A stretch of DNA of 57,197 nucleotides from an uncultured archaeon (GTDB lineage: Archaea; Aenigmatarchaeota; Aenigmatarchaeia; QMZP01; QMZT01), in contig CAZTJN010000002.1 in the NCBI GenBank assembly GCA_964613955.1, forward strand, positions 73,526-130,722. Reading direction: 5' to 3'. The notes beneath the pieces were generated by a model. It was not told the origin of the DNA. It saw only the letters and a program-made list of their open reading frames with translations, and ran no database searches. Position 1 is the stretch's first letter. Each line of letters begins with the position of its first letter. A program made the position numbers and the translations under genes. This document shows, one piece after another, positions 1 to 8,463 of the stretch.

Positions 1-47
1 GTCTGTCAGGAATGTCTTGAGAAATCACAGCAATAAAATCCCGTCTC

Positions 48-78
48 GTTTAAACATGCGTTTAAACATATATATTTT
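48..78 (+). promoter_or_regulatory. Putative promoter region with a duplicated GTTTAAAC palindrome followed by a TATA-like run
   Basis: GTTTAAAC occurs at 48-55 and 60-67. It is followed by atatatatttta (68-78), 24-34 nt upstream of the ATG at 102. Confidence 0.3.
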
Positions 79-101
79 AGTACACAATTCCAGATTTCTT
101 T

Positions 102-1580
102 ATGAAATTTTATTTCGTCTTTTTACTTGCCTTTGTTCTGATCTCAGCCAGTGCCCAGGCATTTTTTATAAACGAGATCATGCCAAACCCCGAGAACGAA
201 ACGAATGAGTGGGTTGAGATATACAACCCGGGGGATGCAGAATTAAACCTTTCCTTGTTTGTGATAGGCGACGAGTATTCAAACAAAAGCATTTCCTTTG
301 AAGGTTCGACAAACGCCACGTACTTTCTCGTGGTGGGAGAGAACGCAAACATCAGTGAAATAACCAACGAAAGCATCACGTATTTCCGTACAGAAGGGAA
401 GATAGGAAACCGTCTTAGAAACGGAGGCGAAAGTGTCTATATATATAATTCAACAGTTCTTCTGGACAATGTCTCCTACCCTTCATTCTCTTCCCATGAG
501 GGTTATTCTTGGTGCAGAACGGAAAACGGAACTTGGATTTACTGCTGGCGTCCCACCCCCGGATTTCCCAACAACTTTGCAAACATCACAGAGAACAAAA
601 CCGGCGACAACCAGACCAACACAACGAACAACACATGCGACCTTCGCATATGGATAAAATGCAATAGCACTTTCAGAACGGGCAGCAACAAATATTATCC
701 CATGGTCGAGGACCTGATGGGAGGCGTTTACGAGCCGGAGGTTGAATACTGGATAGAGGACATGTTCGGCGGCATCGCGAGGTCTAAAGTCAGAACCAAC
801 AACACGAATGTTGCCAAATCCTGGACCCCGCCCGAAATCAATGGAACCGAGGCATACGTGATACGTGCAGAAATAACGAGAGAAATCTGCAACGACACTA
901 ACCTTTCAAACAACCACGCGGAAAAATTAATAATTGTGAAGGGGGAACAGCCATATTCCGAAAAGGGATGCTCATGTGAAACAAGGATAATCGAAACAGA
1001 GAAACCGTGCTCATGCAGTCCCTGCCCTAAATGTGTTTGTGAAAATGAAGAAACAAAGAAAGAGAATGAAATCGAGATAATTTCCTGCCCTGGAGAGGTC
1101 GTGAAGAATGAAGAAGTTGAGATAAAGGTCAGGATTGAAAACCCTTCCGTTTACCAGAGGAATTATACTGTCTATTCGTATGTCTATGACGGGAAAAAAC
1201 CGCTGTCTTTGGGGTTCGATGGCAACAACTGGTCAAACACTTGGGACGCAAACAAACAAGAACTAAACCTGCCAAGGAAATCATCTGCTAACCTCACTCT
1301 CATCAACAGGATAGCAGATGATACACAACCAGGCAAATACAAGCTCAGGATTAGGATAAAATTCAATGACGAAAAATATGATGTTACCAGAGACATTATT
1401 ATCAAAGAAGCGCCCGAAGAATCAATAGAGGAGGTAACGCATGAAAACGAAGCCAACGAAACAATCGAAAGGGAAGAGATTAAACTGCCTACAGGAAGAA
1501 TCACATCTGAGAGAAAAAACTGGTTTGCAGGTTTCATAGAAGACATTGCCAATTTCTTTAAAAACCTGTTTAGAATTTAA
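102..1580 (+). CDS. Secreted lamin-tail-domain (LTD) protein, Cys-rich and heavily sequon-decorated
   Basis: 492-aa ORF with an N-terminal signal-like segment (MKFYFVFLLAFVLISASAQA). Residues ~22-150 fit the LTD pattern (INEIMPNP..EWVEIYNPG..NGGESVYIYN..VSY). There is a CxC/CxxC-rich middle (GCSCE..CSCSPCPKCVCE). I count about 23 N-x-S/T sequons. Confidence 0.75.
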   Translation: MKFYFVFLLAFVLISASAQAFFINEIMPNPENETNEWVEIYNPGDAELNLSLFVIGDEYSNKSISFEGSTNATYFLVVGENANISEITNESITYFRTEGKIGNRLRNGGESVYIYNSTVLLDNVSYPSFSSHEGYSWCRTENGTWIYCWRPTPGFPNNFANITENKTGDNQTNTTNNTCDLRIWIKCNSTFRTGSNKYYPMVEDLMGGVYEPEVEYWIEDMFGGIARSKVRTNNTNVAKSWTPPEINGTEAYVIRAEITREICNDTNLSNNHAEKLIIVKGEQPYSEKGCSCETRIIETEKPCSCSPCPKCVCENEETKKENEIEIISCPGEVVKNEEVEIKVRIENPSVYQRNYTVYSYVYDGKKPLSLGFDGNNWSNTWDANKQELNLPRKSSANLTLINRIADDTQPGKYKLRIRIKFNDEKYDVTRDIIIKEAPEESIEEVTHENEANETIEREEIKLPTGRITSERKNWFAGFIEDIANFFKNLFRI

Positions 1581-1612
1581 ATAACATTCCAGATAATAGT
1601 TATAAGGTTCAC

Positions 1613-1813
1613 GGGCCTGTAGCTCAGTTGGAAGTTTCGAATAAAGGGTTTGCCCGTTTCGCCGACAATAGAGCACTCGCCTCCTAAGCGAGGGGTCGTG
1701 GGTTCGAAGCTCAAACCCCCAGCGGATGTTTCGAATGATGCAGATCATATCTGCGTCCGTCGTTGGTTCGAGAAATCCAGCAACCGATTGGTTCGAAATT
1801 CCCACCAGGTCCG
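1613..1813 (+). tRNA. tRNA-Arg (anticodon CCU) interrupted by two putative non-canonical introns (D-loop ~1633-1668, T-loop 1709-1799)
   Basis: Reads GGGCCTG-TA-GCTC-AGTTGG[insert]TA-GAGC-A-CTCGC-CTCCTAA-GCGAG-GGGTC-GTGGG-TTCGAA[insert]T-CCCAC-CAGGTCC-G. Removing the inserts gives a full cloverleaf. The acceptor stem pairs 7/7 with a G3:U70 wobble, and the anticodon loop is intact. No CCA is encoded. Confidence 0.7.
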
Positions 1814-1938
1814 TTATCGTATGACCCGGCCACGGCTTGGGTCCATCGAAAAAATGAGACGGGTTGGATTGAAAGTGAAGTGCCTTTCGGAATCTAAGGT
1901 AGGATAGATTTATAACTTTTCAAAAATAAATTATAAAC

Positions 1939-2700
1939 ATGACAAGAATTATAACGATTGCTTCTGGAAAAGGCGGTGTCGGGAAGACAACGCTTGTTGC
2001 GAATCTTGCTGCTGCTCTTGCCCGATATGGAAAATCGGTTATAGCACTTGATGCGAACCTGACGACATCGAACCTTGGTCTCCACCTAGGAATGCACCTA
2101 TACCCAAAAACCTTGCATGATGTTTTGGAAGGAAGTGCTGACATAAGGGAAGCAACGTACGAACACAGGGCAGGGTTCAAGGTGATACCCGCTGACATAT
2201 CACTCAGGAAGATTAGAAACGTCAAATCGCATGATTATGTCAACATTTTTTATAAGATGCTTAAGGACACGGATTTCATTTTGATAGATTCAGCAGCAGG
2301 CCTTGGAAAAGAAGCGCGCGCCTCGATAGAGGCTGCGGATGAGCTCATAACGGTAACGAACCCGGAACTTCCGGCAGTGACGGACGCCCTCAAATTAGAC
2401 CTCATTGCAAAAAAGGCCGAAACCCAAAATCTAGGGGTGGTTCTTAACAGGGTCAAAGGAGAATATCATGAACTGCCCAAAGAGCACATAGAGGACATGC
2501 TGAAGGTCCCTGTAATTGGCATGATACCCGAGGACAAGGAGGTACGAAAGGCAATCGCCCTGAAGGAACCCGTTGTTTCTTACAACCCGAAATCACACGC
2601 TGCGCAGCACATGTTATCGCTGGCCGCCAGTCTCATCGGGGAAGAATACGTACCAAAAACACCGTGGAGAGTCCGTTTGTTTGGCTGGCTTAACAGATAG
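1939..2700 (+). CDS. minD: MinD/ParA-family P-loop ATPase
   Basis: Deviant Walker A motif SGKGGVGKTT at the N-terminus, and a later DSAAGL motif. The 253-aa length is typical of archaeal MinD. Confidence 0.9.
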   Translation: MTRIITIASGKGGVGKTTLVANLAAALARYGKSVIALDANLTTSNLGLHLGMHLYPKTLHDVLEGSADIREATYEHRAGFKVIPADISLRKIRNVKSHDYVNIFYKMLKDTDFILIDSAAGLGKEARASIEAADELITVTNPELPAVTDALKLDLIAKKAETQNLGVVLNRVKGEYHELPKEHIEDMLKVPVIGMIPEDKEVRKAIALKEPVVSYNPKSHAAQHMLSLAASLIGEEYVPKTPWRVRLFGWLNR

Positions 2701-2701
2701 T

Positions 2702-4375
2702 CTATCCTTTAAGTATTTTCAAGATATCGCTCAAATTAACTTCAAACGCACAAACAGGCTGTTCAATCCCGAAGTTTTCCAGAACCTGCGGGTGGATTTC
2801 ACCCATGTAAGCGATTTTTTTGCCCTTTACAGAGATTCTCCCAGCCCTTCCTGGAATGAAAGAAGGATGACTGGCCTCTTCGATTTTGTACTCAAGACCA
2901 AGCCCCCTCATAAACACGTCAAAACTCTGCTTGGCCTTAGTGAAATTTGCACCTGAACCTGCAAAAGTCCATGCGAGTCGGACGGGGTTCGAGGTTTTTG
3001 TCTCTGCTTTTTCGTCCAAAAGAACGACCTCTCCTATTTCAAATATATTCTGTGGGTATTCTCTGTTCGTATTTTTCCCAAGGAATTCTATGAGAGAAGG
3101 AATGATCCATGTGCGGAATACGCACCAGTTTTTTGATACGGGATTTTCAACTTCTATTGCCTTTGAAACCTCCATGTTCATTTTCCTGAAAAGGCAATCT
3201 TTGTTGGTGAGAATATACGAGAGAACTTCCTGTGCCCCCAGACCTACCATTATTTCTGACACCTTACTGGAAAATAAATTTATTTCTGCTGACTTTCCTA
3301 CGGTAGCGATTTTCAGAGCTAGCGGCTCTATTCTGTTGTAGCCGTATGATATTATGATATCCTCTACAACATCCACCTGGTGCATTATGTCCTGTCTGTA
3401 AGGCGGATATGAAACAACAAGTTTATTCCCTTCGTTCTCTACACCATACCTCGATTGTAATAGCAATTTTTTAATCTCGCTTATTCTCATACCAAGACCT
3501 GAAAGTTTCCTTACTTCCTCAACATCCAATACCATCTTTTTTGCTTCCATGTCCGGAGTTTCGATTTTCCTGTCAGGAAGAACAAGGTCCACTGTTTCTA
3601 TATTTCCTCCTCTGTCAGCAAGCGCAGAAACCATTATATTAAGGGCAGGCATAAGGAACTTGAAATGGAAACCTGAACATTCTATGAAAATGTCTTTGGT
3701 TTCCTTGGTGACCTTCCCGGTGTGGTCAGAATTTATGATGGGTGGCATGGAAAGAACCTGGCCCTTGGAATCTATGAACACAGGATACTTTTCAAATCCA
3801 GCCAGCAGATGTCCATACTGCCTGCCTTTGGGATGCTGAGAAAGCACCTGTCTCAGATTTACCTTCCTGTCAAAATCCAGAGGTATAAACTCTATCTCAT
3901 CCGGTTTGCAGGCGCGGAAGTAGACAGGAGGAGAGATCTTATGATAGTCGTAAATACCAAGGGCAACTTCTCTGCGACCCCTCCCAAAGGTTTCGCATAT
4001 CTTTTCCTGTAGCTGTATCATCTGAAAGAGGGTTTCATCGTTTATTTCTAGGCCCTTTATAACAGCACATACGGTCAGGGGTCTTATGTTCTTCAATGAT
4101 TTATCAACTATGACCCTGAGACCTGATTTTTTGGTTTTGTATTTTGCTAAACCCTTGTCATTCGCATACCTCCCACGCAACTCCCTTGCTACCCCCTCTA
4201 CAGACCAGAGGTCAGGTCTGTTGGTGTCAGCAATTTCTATTTTTACCCTGTCGCCGTCAGAAGATTCTATCTCACCCTTTACGTATTGCAGCGCCTCATG
4301 TAATTGTTTGAGGCTAAACTTCTTTCCCACGAGACCGTTGAGGTCCCTCAGTGATAGTTCGATGGTTGGCATCAC
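2702..4375 (-). CDS. pheT: Phenylalanyl-tRNA synthetase beta subunit (archaeal type)
   Basis: 557 aa. The N-terminus MPTIELSLRDLNGLVGK is typical of archaeal PheT. Its start overlaps the pheS stop by 4 nt (4372-4375). Confidence 0.95.
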   Translation of the reverse strand: MMPTIELSLRDLNGLVGKKFSLKQLHEALQYVKGEIESSDGDRVKIEIADTNRPDLWSVEGVARELRGRYANDKGLAKYKTKKSGLRVIVDKSLKNIRPLTVCAVIKGLEINDETLFQMIQLQEKICETFGRGRREVALGIYDYHKISPPVYFRACKPDEIEFIPLDFDRKVNLRQVLSQHPKGRQYGHLLAGFEKYPVFIDSKGQVLSMPPIINSDHTGKVTKETKDIFIECSGFHFKFLMPALNIMVSALADRGGNIETVDLVLPDRKIETPDMEAKKMVLDVEEVRKLSGLGMRISEIKKLLLQSRYGVENEGNKLVVSYPPYRQDIMHQVDVVEDIIISYGYNRIEPLALKIATVGKSAEINLFSSKVSEIMVGLGAQEVLSYILTNKDCLFRKMNMEVSKAIEVENPVSKNWCVFRTWIIPSLIEFLGKNTNREYPQNIFEIGEVVLLDEKAETKTSNPVRLAWTFAGSGANFTKAKQSFDVFMRGLGLEYKIEEASHPSFIPGRAGRISVKGKKIAYMGEIHPQVLENFGIEQPVCAFEVNLSDILKILKG

Positions 4376-5886
4376 AACACCTTTCTAGCTTTTCTTAAAA
4401 ATTCAATATCATGCGAAAAGATATGTCGTATATCTTTTATGTTCAGTCTCATCATGGCCAGCCTGTCTATCCCGAACCCCCATGCTATAACGGGTTCTTT
4501 CACGCCGAGGGGTTCCGTAAGCTCCGGTCTGAATACACCTGCGCCCGCCAGCTCGATCCATCCGAATCTCGGGTGCTTGGCCGATATCTGAACGGAAGGT
4601 TCAGTGAATGGAAAGTAATCTGGAACGAACTTTGTTTCCTCGATATCTGTTATTTCCAAGACGAATTGCTTTAGCAGACCGAGCAGATGCCTGAACGATA
4701 AATTATCATCAATCACAAAGCCACCCAGCTGATTAAATTCCACTCCATGGGTAGAATCGATAACGTCCGGTCTGAAACAACGGACAAGGCTGAAATATTT
4801 TCCAGGGATTTCAACACTCCTCGCCAGATATCTTGGGGATATTGCTGTGTCATGCGCCCTGGGCATAAGCTCCGAAGCTATCTTTTTGCTCCATTTGTAT
4901 CCCCACCCGGTAGAACCTGTTTTCCAGCCGTTTTCATGCGCTGCCTTCACGTTGTTCACGAACCTGCCTTTGGGAAGCCTTCCGTATTTTGGATACTTGA
5001 TTCGATAGGTAGCACTCCAGTCCCTTGCAGGGTGGTTCTGCGGTTGATAGAGCGCATCGAAATTGAAGAATCCAAGTTCTATAATCGGACCTTCCATTTC
5101 TTTGAACCCGAGCCTGACTAGCGTTTCCCTGACTCCCTGGATAAATTCGTTATATGCGTGTCTCTTGCCCGCGTATATTTCGGGAACATTTATTTTGATA
5201 TCGTATCTTCTGAATTTCTTCCCTTTCCATGCCCCATTTTTCAGCATGGCCGGCGTCAGGGTTTCAATGAACTCAAGGGATTTCACCTTCTTGAATTTTG
5301 ACAGGACGTTCTTCCCGAACTTGGTAATATCAATATACTTCAGCTTGACCCTGTTCCTCTTGACTATCCTTTTCCTCTTGCTTAGTCTGGAATATATTGT
5401 TCTGTCCTTCTGTGTAAGATCGGATAGGTTGAGGGGGAGACGCCGGAGGAAATTTTCTTCAGGGAACCCTTCTTTGAGCAGTTCCTTTTTCTTCACAGTC
5501 GGTTCTACCCTGTCCCCGAGTATTGATATCGCGTACCTTGATTTAAGTATGCCGAGACAGGCCTTTAATTCGTCGTCATCAAGGTTTGCCTTTTCCTTTA
5601 TTTCGCTAAGGTGCATTTCACCGTCAAGATTTTCCAGAAATCTCCTCTCTGGAAGACCCTTCTTCAGGTAGAGTCTTCCATTTTCATCAACATCTACAAT
5701 CTCCTTTGGAATGGATTTTATCTTGAGCACGCCTTTGTTTTCCAGCCACTGAAGCGCGCGCATCGCCTCTATTTTTTTCATACCCGCCTTCTTGGCGATA
5801 TCGCTCAGTTCCACTCCGTTCCTTATGAAAGGCAGGATTTTTCTCTCCAGAACATGAAGAGACTCAAGAATTTGTGGTACACCCAT
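4372..5886 (-). CDS. pheS: Phenylalanyl-tRNA synthetase alpha subunit
   Basis: 504 aa with class II motifs (FRPD..., FPFTEPSVQI, GFGIDRLAMM). N-terminal winged-helix repeats are typical of archaeal PheS. Confidence 0.95.
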   Translation of the reverse strand: MGVPQILESLHVLERKILPFIRNGVELSDIAKKAGMKKIEAMRALQWLENKGVLKIKSIPKEIVDVDENGRLYLKKGLPERRFLENLDGEMHLSEIKEKANLDDDELKACLGILKSRYAISILGDRVEPTVKKKELLKEGFPEENFLRRLPLNLSDLTQKDRTIYSRLSKRKRIVKRNRVKLKYIDITKFGKNVLSKFKKVKSLEFIETLTPAMLKNGAWKGKKFRRYDIKINVPEIYAGKRHAYNEFIQGVRETLVRLGFKEMEGPIIELGFFNFDALYQPQNHPARDWSATYRIKYPKYGRLPKGRFVNNVKAAHENGWKTGSTGWGYKWSKKIASELMPRAHDTAISPRYLARSVEIPGKYFSLVRCFRPDVIDSTHGVEFNQLGGFVIDDNLSFRHLLGLLKQFVLEITDIEETKFVPDYFPFTEPSVQISAKHPRFGWIELAGAGVFRPELTEPLGVKEPVIAWGFGIDRLAMMRLNIKDIRHIFSHDIEFLRKARKVL

Positions 5887-5957
5887 AGATTATATAATAA
5901 AGACTATTGTTTTTATAATTTCATTCTGATATAAAGGTTTCAGGAGAATAGATTATT

Positions 5958-6701
5958 ATGGGGCCCGGAAAATACAACAGATCGTACTATTCAAAAATTT
6001 TCGAAAACGAGGCTGAGATGTACTATAAGATACAGAAAGAAAAGATAAAAATAATCCTGGGGATGCTGGAAAAGCATCCGAACGGAAGGATGCTGGATAT
6101 AGGATGTGGGGATGGCTACATCACGCTTAAAATATCTAAAAAAACCGGTTGCGAGCCCCATGGTATTGACATAAGCAGGAATGCAGTGGAATCCGCCAAA
6201 AAAAGCGGCATCAACGCAGTGGAAGCAAATCTTGACAAAGGGAAACTCCCATACCCGGAAGGATATTTTGACATAGTTTTCTGCGGCGACATACTTGAAC
6301 ATGTCTACAGCACAGAGGACCTTCTTGAGAGTATATACGAGGTTTTAAAGCCAGGAGGCTACGCGATAATTTCGGTCCCGAACATAGCTTCGTGGTACAA
6401 CAGATTTTTCCTTCTCATAGGATGGATGCCCACATGGATAGAATCATCATCAAAAACTTACACGGGAAATCCCTTCCTTAAGGAGGGTGTGGGACACATA
6501 CATGCCTTCACAAAGAAATCATTGATAGAACTCGCGATGTTAAAGGGATTTAAAATAGAAAAGGTGAAGGGGAGCCCTCTGATAGGTTGCGGGAAATATT
6601 CCAGGAGCAAGGAAATGATATGGGACGCGGTTGACAGGCTTTTTTCAAAGAAGGCCAGCCTGTCATCAACCATCGTGATCAAGGCAAGGAAAAAAATTTA
6701 G
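5958..6701 (+). CDS. Class I SAM-dependent methyltransferase
   Basis: Motif I (MLDIGCGDGYIT) and post-I/II motifs (DIVFCGDILEHV, LKPGGYAIISVPN). An AGGAG Shine-Dalgarno box lies upstream. Confidence 0.85.
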   Translation: MGPGKYNRSYYSKIFENEAEMYYKIQKEKIKIILGMLEKHPNGRMLDIGCGDGYITLKISKKTGCEPHGIDISRNAVESAKKSGINAVEANLDKGKLPYPEGYFDIVFCGDILEHVYSTEDLLESIYEVLKPGGYAIISVPNIASWYNRFFLLIGWMPTWIESSSKTYTGNPFLKEGVGHIHAFTKKSLIELAMLKGFKIEKVKGSPLIGCGKYSRSKEMIWDAVDRLFSKKASLSSTIVIKARKKI

Positions 6702-6745
6702 AAGCTGAGAACTAAATATATAAAAGTAATAAATAAGGGAGAGTA

Positions 6746-7750
6746 ATGGACCTGAAAAAATTGTTTTACAACAGCATAACTATAAGTCTGCCAAAGAATG
6801 CGGTGCAGTTTTTTCTAGGCGCTGTTCTGTTCTGGCTGGTTATGGGGGTTCCCGAGACTTTGACAATGGTAATTGCGCTTTCAGGCTTTTTGATCACGTA
6901 CTCTTCTGTTTACCTTTTCAACGACATATCGGATTACAAGGAGGACATAAAAAACAGGGAAAAGCTTAAATGGAAGCTTGTTGCAGGAAAAATGATAAGC
7001 ATGAGAGCTGCGTTTGCCCTGAGTTTAACTTTGCTTTTTTCTGGTCTCTTGATATCGATTTTCATAAGCAAATGGTACTTCTTGATAATGGTAGTTTTGA
7101 TATTTTTGAACTTTCTTCACTCCTCCCCCTGGACAAGATTCAAGAAGAGTCTGGCAAAGACATCAGTTAACATGACTGTTATACAGTTCCTTAAATTTTC
7201 AACAGGGTGGTTCGCTTTAACGTCGAACATATCCCATTTCCCTTTCTGGCTTATAACAGGATTTTCGATAGTCTACACTGCAAGCTACATAATATACAAG
7301 TTCGGTTTTAAAGGGAAGAAGATAAAGAGCAGAAAAGGTTTCTTCTGGACACTCGGGATACTCGGAGGAAGCTTTTACATCATTTCCTTTCTTGTTTACG
7401 GATTTCCCCTCAGCCTTGTGATGCTCGTGGTGATTCCGACATGTATTCTTCTGTTTTTCAAGAAGATAAATTGGAAATGTCACAAGATAACCAACATGAT
7501 AATGCTGGAGTACCTTCTTTTACCTATTATTATAGCGTCTTTTCTCATACTGATACTCAACCCTGTGCTGGCCAAAATGAATGAAAATCTTGCAAAAGAT
7601 ATCAAAGAATATACCAGCGAAATTTCAGAAAATCTCCCCCCGCAGGTTACGAAACCCATAAAGAACATATCCGATGAGCTTAAAAAATACAAAAGCCTCG
7701 AAGATGTAGAAAAAACCCTTAACCTCACAATAAAGGAAACGTTTACCTAA
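6746..7750 (+). CDS. UbiA-like prenyltransferase-family membrane protein (divergent)
   Basis: Polytopic membrane ORF with a first Asp-rich motif, NDISDYKEDIKN. I could not find a second Asp-rich motif. The ~70-aa C-terminal tail is hydrophilic. Confidence 0.5.
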   Translation: MDLKKLFYNSITISLPKNAVQFFLGAVLFWLVMGVPETLTMVIALSGFLITYSSVYLFNDISDYKEDIKNREKLKWKLVAGKMISMRAAFALSLTLLFSGLLISIFISKWYFLIMVVLIFLNFLHSSPWTRFKKSLAKTSVNMTVIQFLKFSTGWFALTSNISHFPFWLITGFSIVYTASYIIYKFGFKGKKIKSRKGFFWTLGILGGSFYIISFLVYGFPLSLVMLVVIPTCILLFFKKINWKCHKITNMIMLEYLLLPIIIASFLILILNPVLAKMNENLAKDIKEYTSEISENLPPQVTKPIKNISDELKKYKSLEDVEKTLNLTIKETFT

Positions 7751-8411
7751 ATCTTTTCTGAACAAACGTTTTAACATGCGGTTTGAAACCCGACTTCCAG
7801 CCCATGATATGCGCTTTGCCCGATTTTATCGCCTTCATAATGCTTTCCTTATCAGGTCTGGACTTCACGAAGGTTACAGCCATGCCTATTTCCTCCATAA
7901 AGTGCGCGTCCGAACCTGCTATCACAGGCAGATCGTTTTCCTTTGAAAATTTCACGGCATTCCTGTTGAATCTGTCAAACATGGTTCTCGCGTTGAATCC
8001 CTCTACGGCATCCACATAGCTTACTATCTTTCTGGCGGAGACACCCAAACCCCTCCTGAGACTGTCAAAAGGGTGCGGTAAAACAATGAATCCTCCGAGT
8101 CTTTTAACCTCCCTGCATGTTTCTTCCAGATCCATCCATTCAGGAATATCTTTGCTTATGTTGAAAGCTATGATCTCCCCTTCTTTCGTCTTTATCTCCT
8201 CGCCAACAAAAACAACAAGGTTCTTTGCTGTCCTCTTTGCGAGGGCTTCAGTTTCTCTCCCCCCCTTAATGCTTCCGTGATCCACAACTCCTATGATATT
8301 TAGACCGAGTTCCTTTGCTTTCTTTATAATCCATTCCGGCCTCAAGTCGCTATCATTAGAATGATACGTATGAATGTGGAAATCTCCCTTCAGAATATTT
8401 TCGGACGACAT
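7743..8411 (-). CDS. PHP-domain metal-dependent phosphoesterase
   Basis: N-terminal DFHIHTYHSNDS, followed by VVDHGS and GSDAHF motifs characteristic of the PHP fold. Confidence 0.85.
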   Translation of the reverse strand: MSSENILKGDFHIHTYHSNDSDLRPEWIIKKAKELGLNIIGVVDHGSIKGGRETEALAKRTAKNLVVFVGEEIKTKEGEIIAFNISKDIPEWMDLEETCREVKRLGGFIVLPHPFDSLRRGLGVSARKIVSYVDAVEGFNARTMFDRFNRNAVKFSKENDLPVIAGSDAHFMEEIGMAVTFVKSRPDKESIMKAIKSGKAHIMGWKSGFKPHVKTFVQKRFR

Positions 8412-8463
8412 AGATTATTCTTATTAAATAAACTCTAATAAATGTATATAACCAGGTGTTTTT

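Noticed and set aside
1733-1754. C/D-box sRNA inside the long tRNA insert (AATGATGC resembles a C box)
   Set aside because: No CTGA D or D' box occurs anywhere in the 91-nt insert. The segment is better described as a simple hairpin.
1866-1875. GGATTGAAAG, resembling the 3' end of some archaeal CRISPR repeats
   Set aside because: It occurs only once, and no repeat partner is anywhere nearby.
1422-1907. ORFs 1422..1805 (-) and 1650..1907 (+) overlapping the tRNA locus
   Set aside because: The tRNA cloverleaf elements and the 3' end of the LTD gene explain this region better. Neither ORF has a convincing start context.
5063-5671. 202-aa + strand ORF inside pheS
   Set aside because: It is antisense to a confidently identified aminoacyl-tRNA synthetase gene, and its translation is Ser/Leu/Phe-rich shadow sequence.
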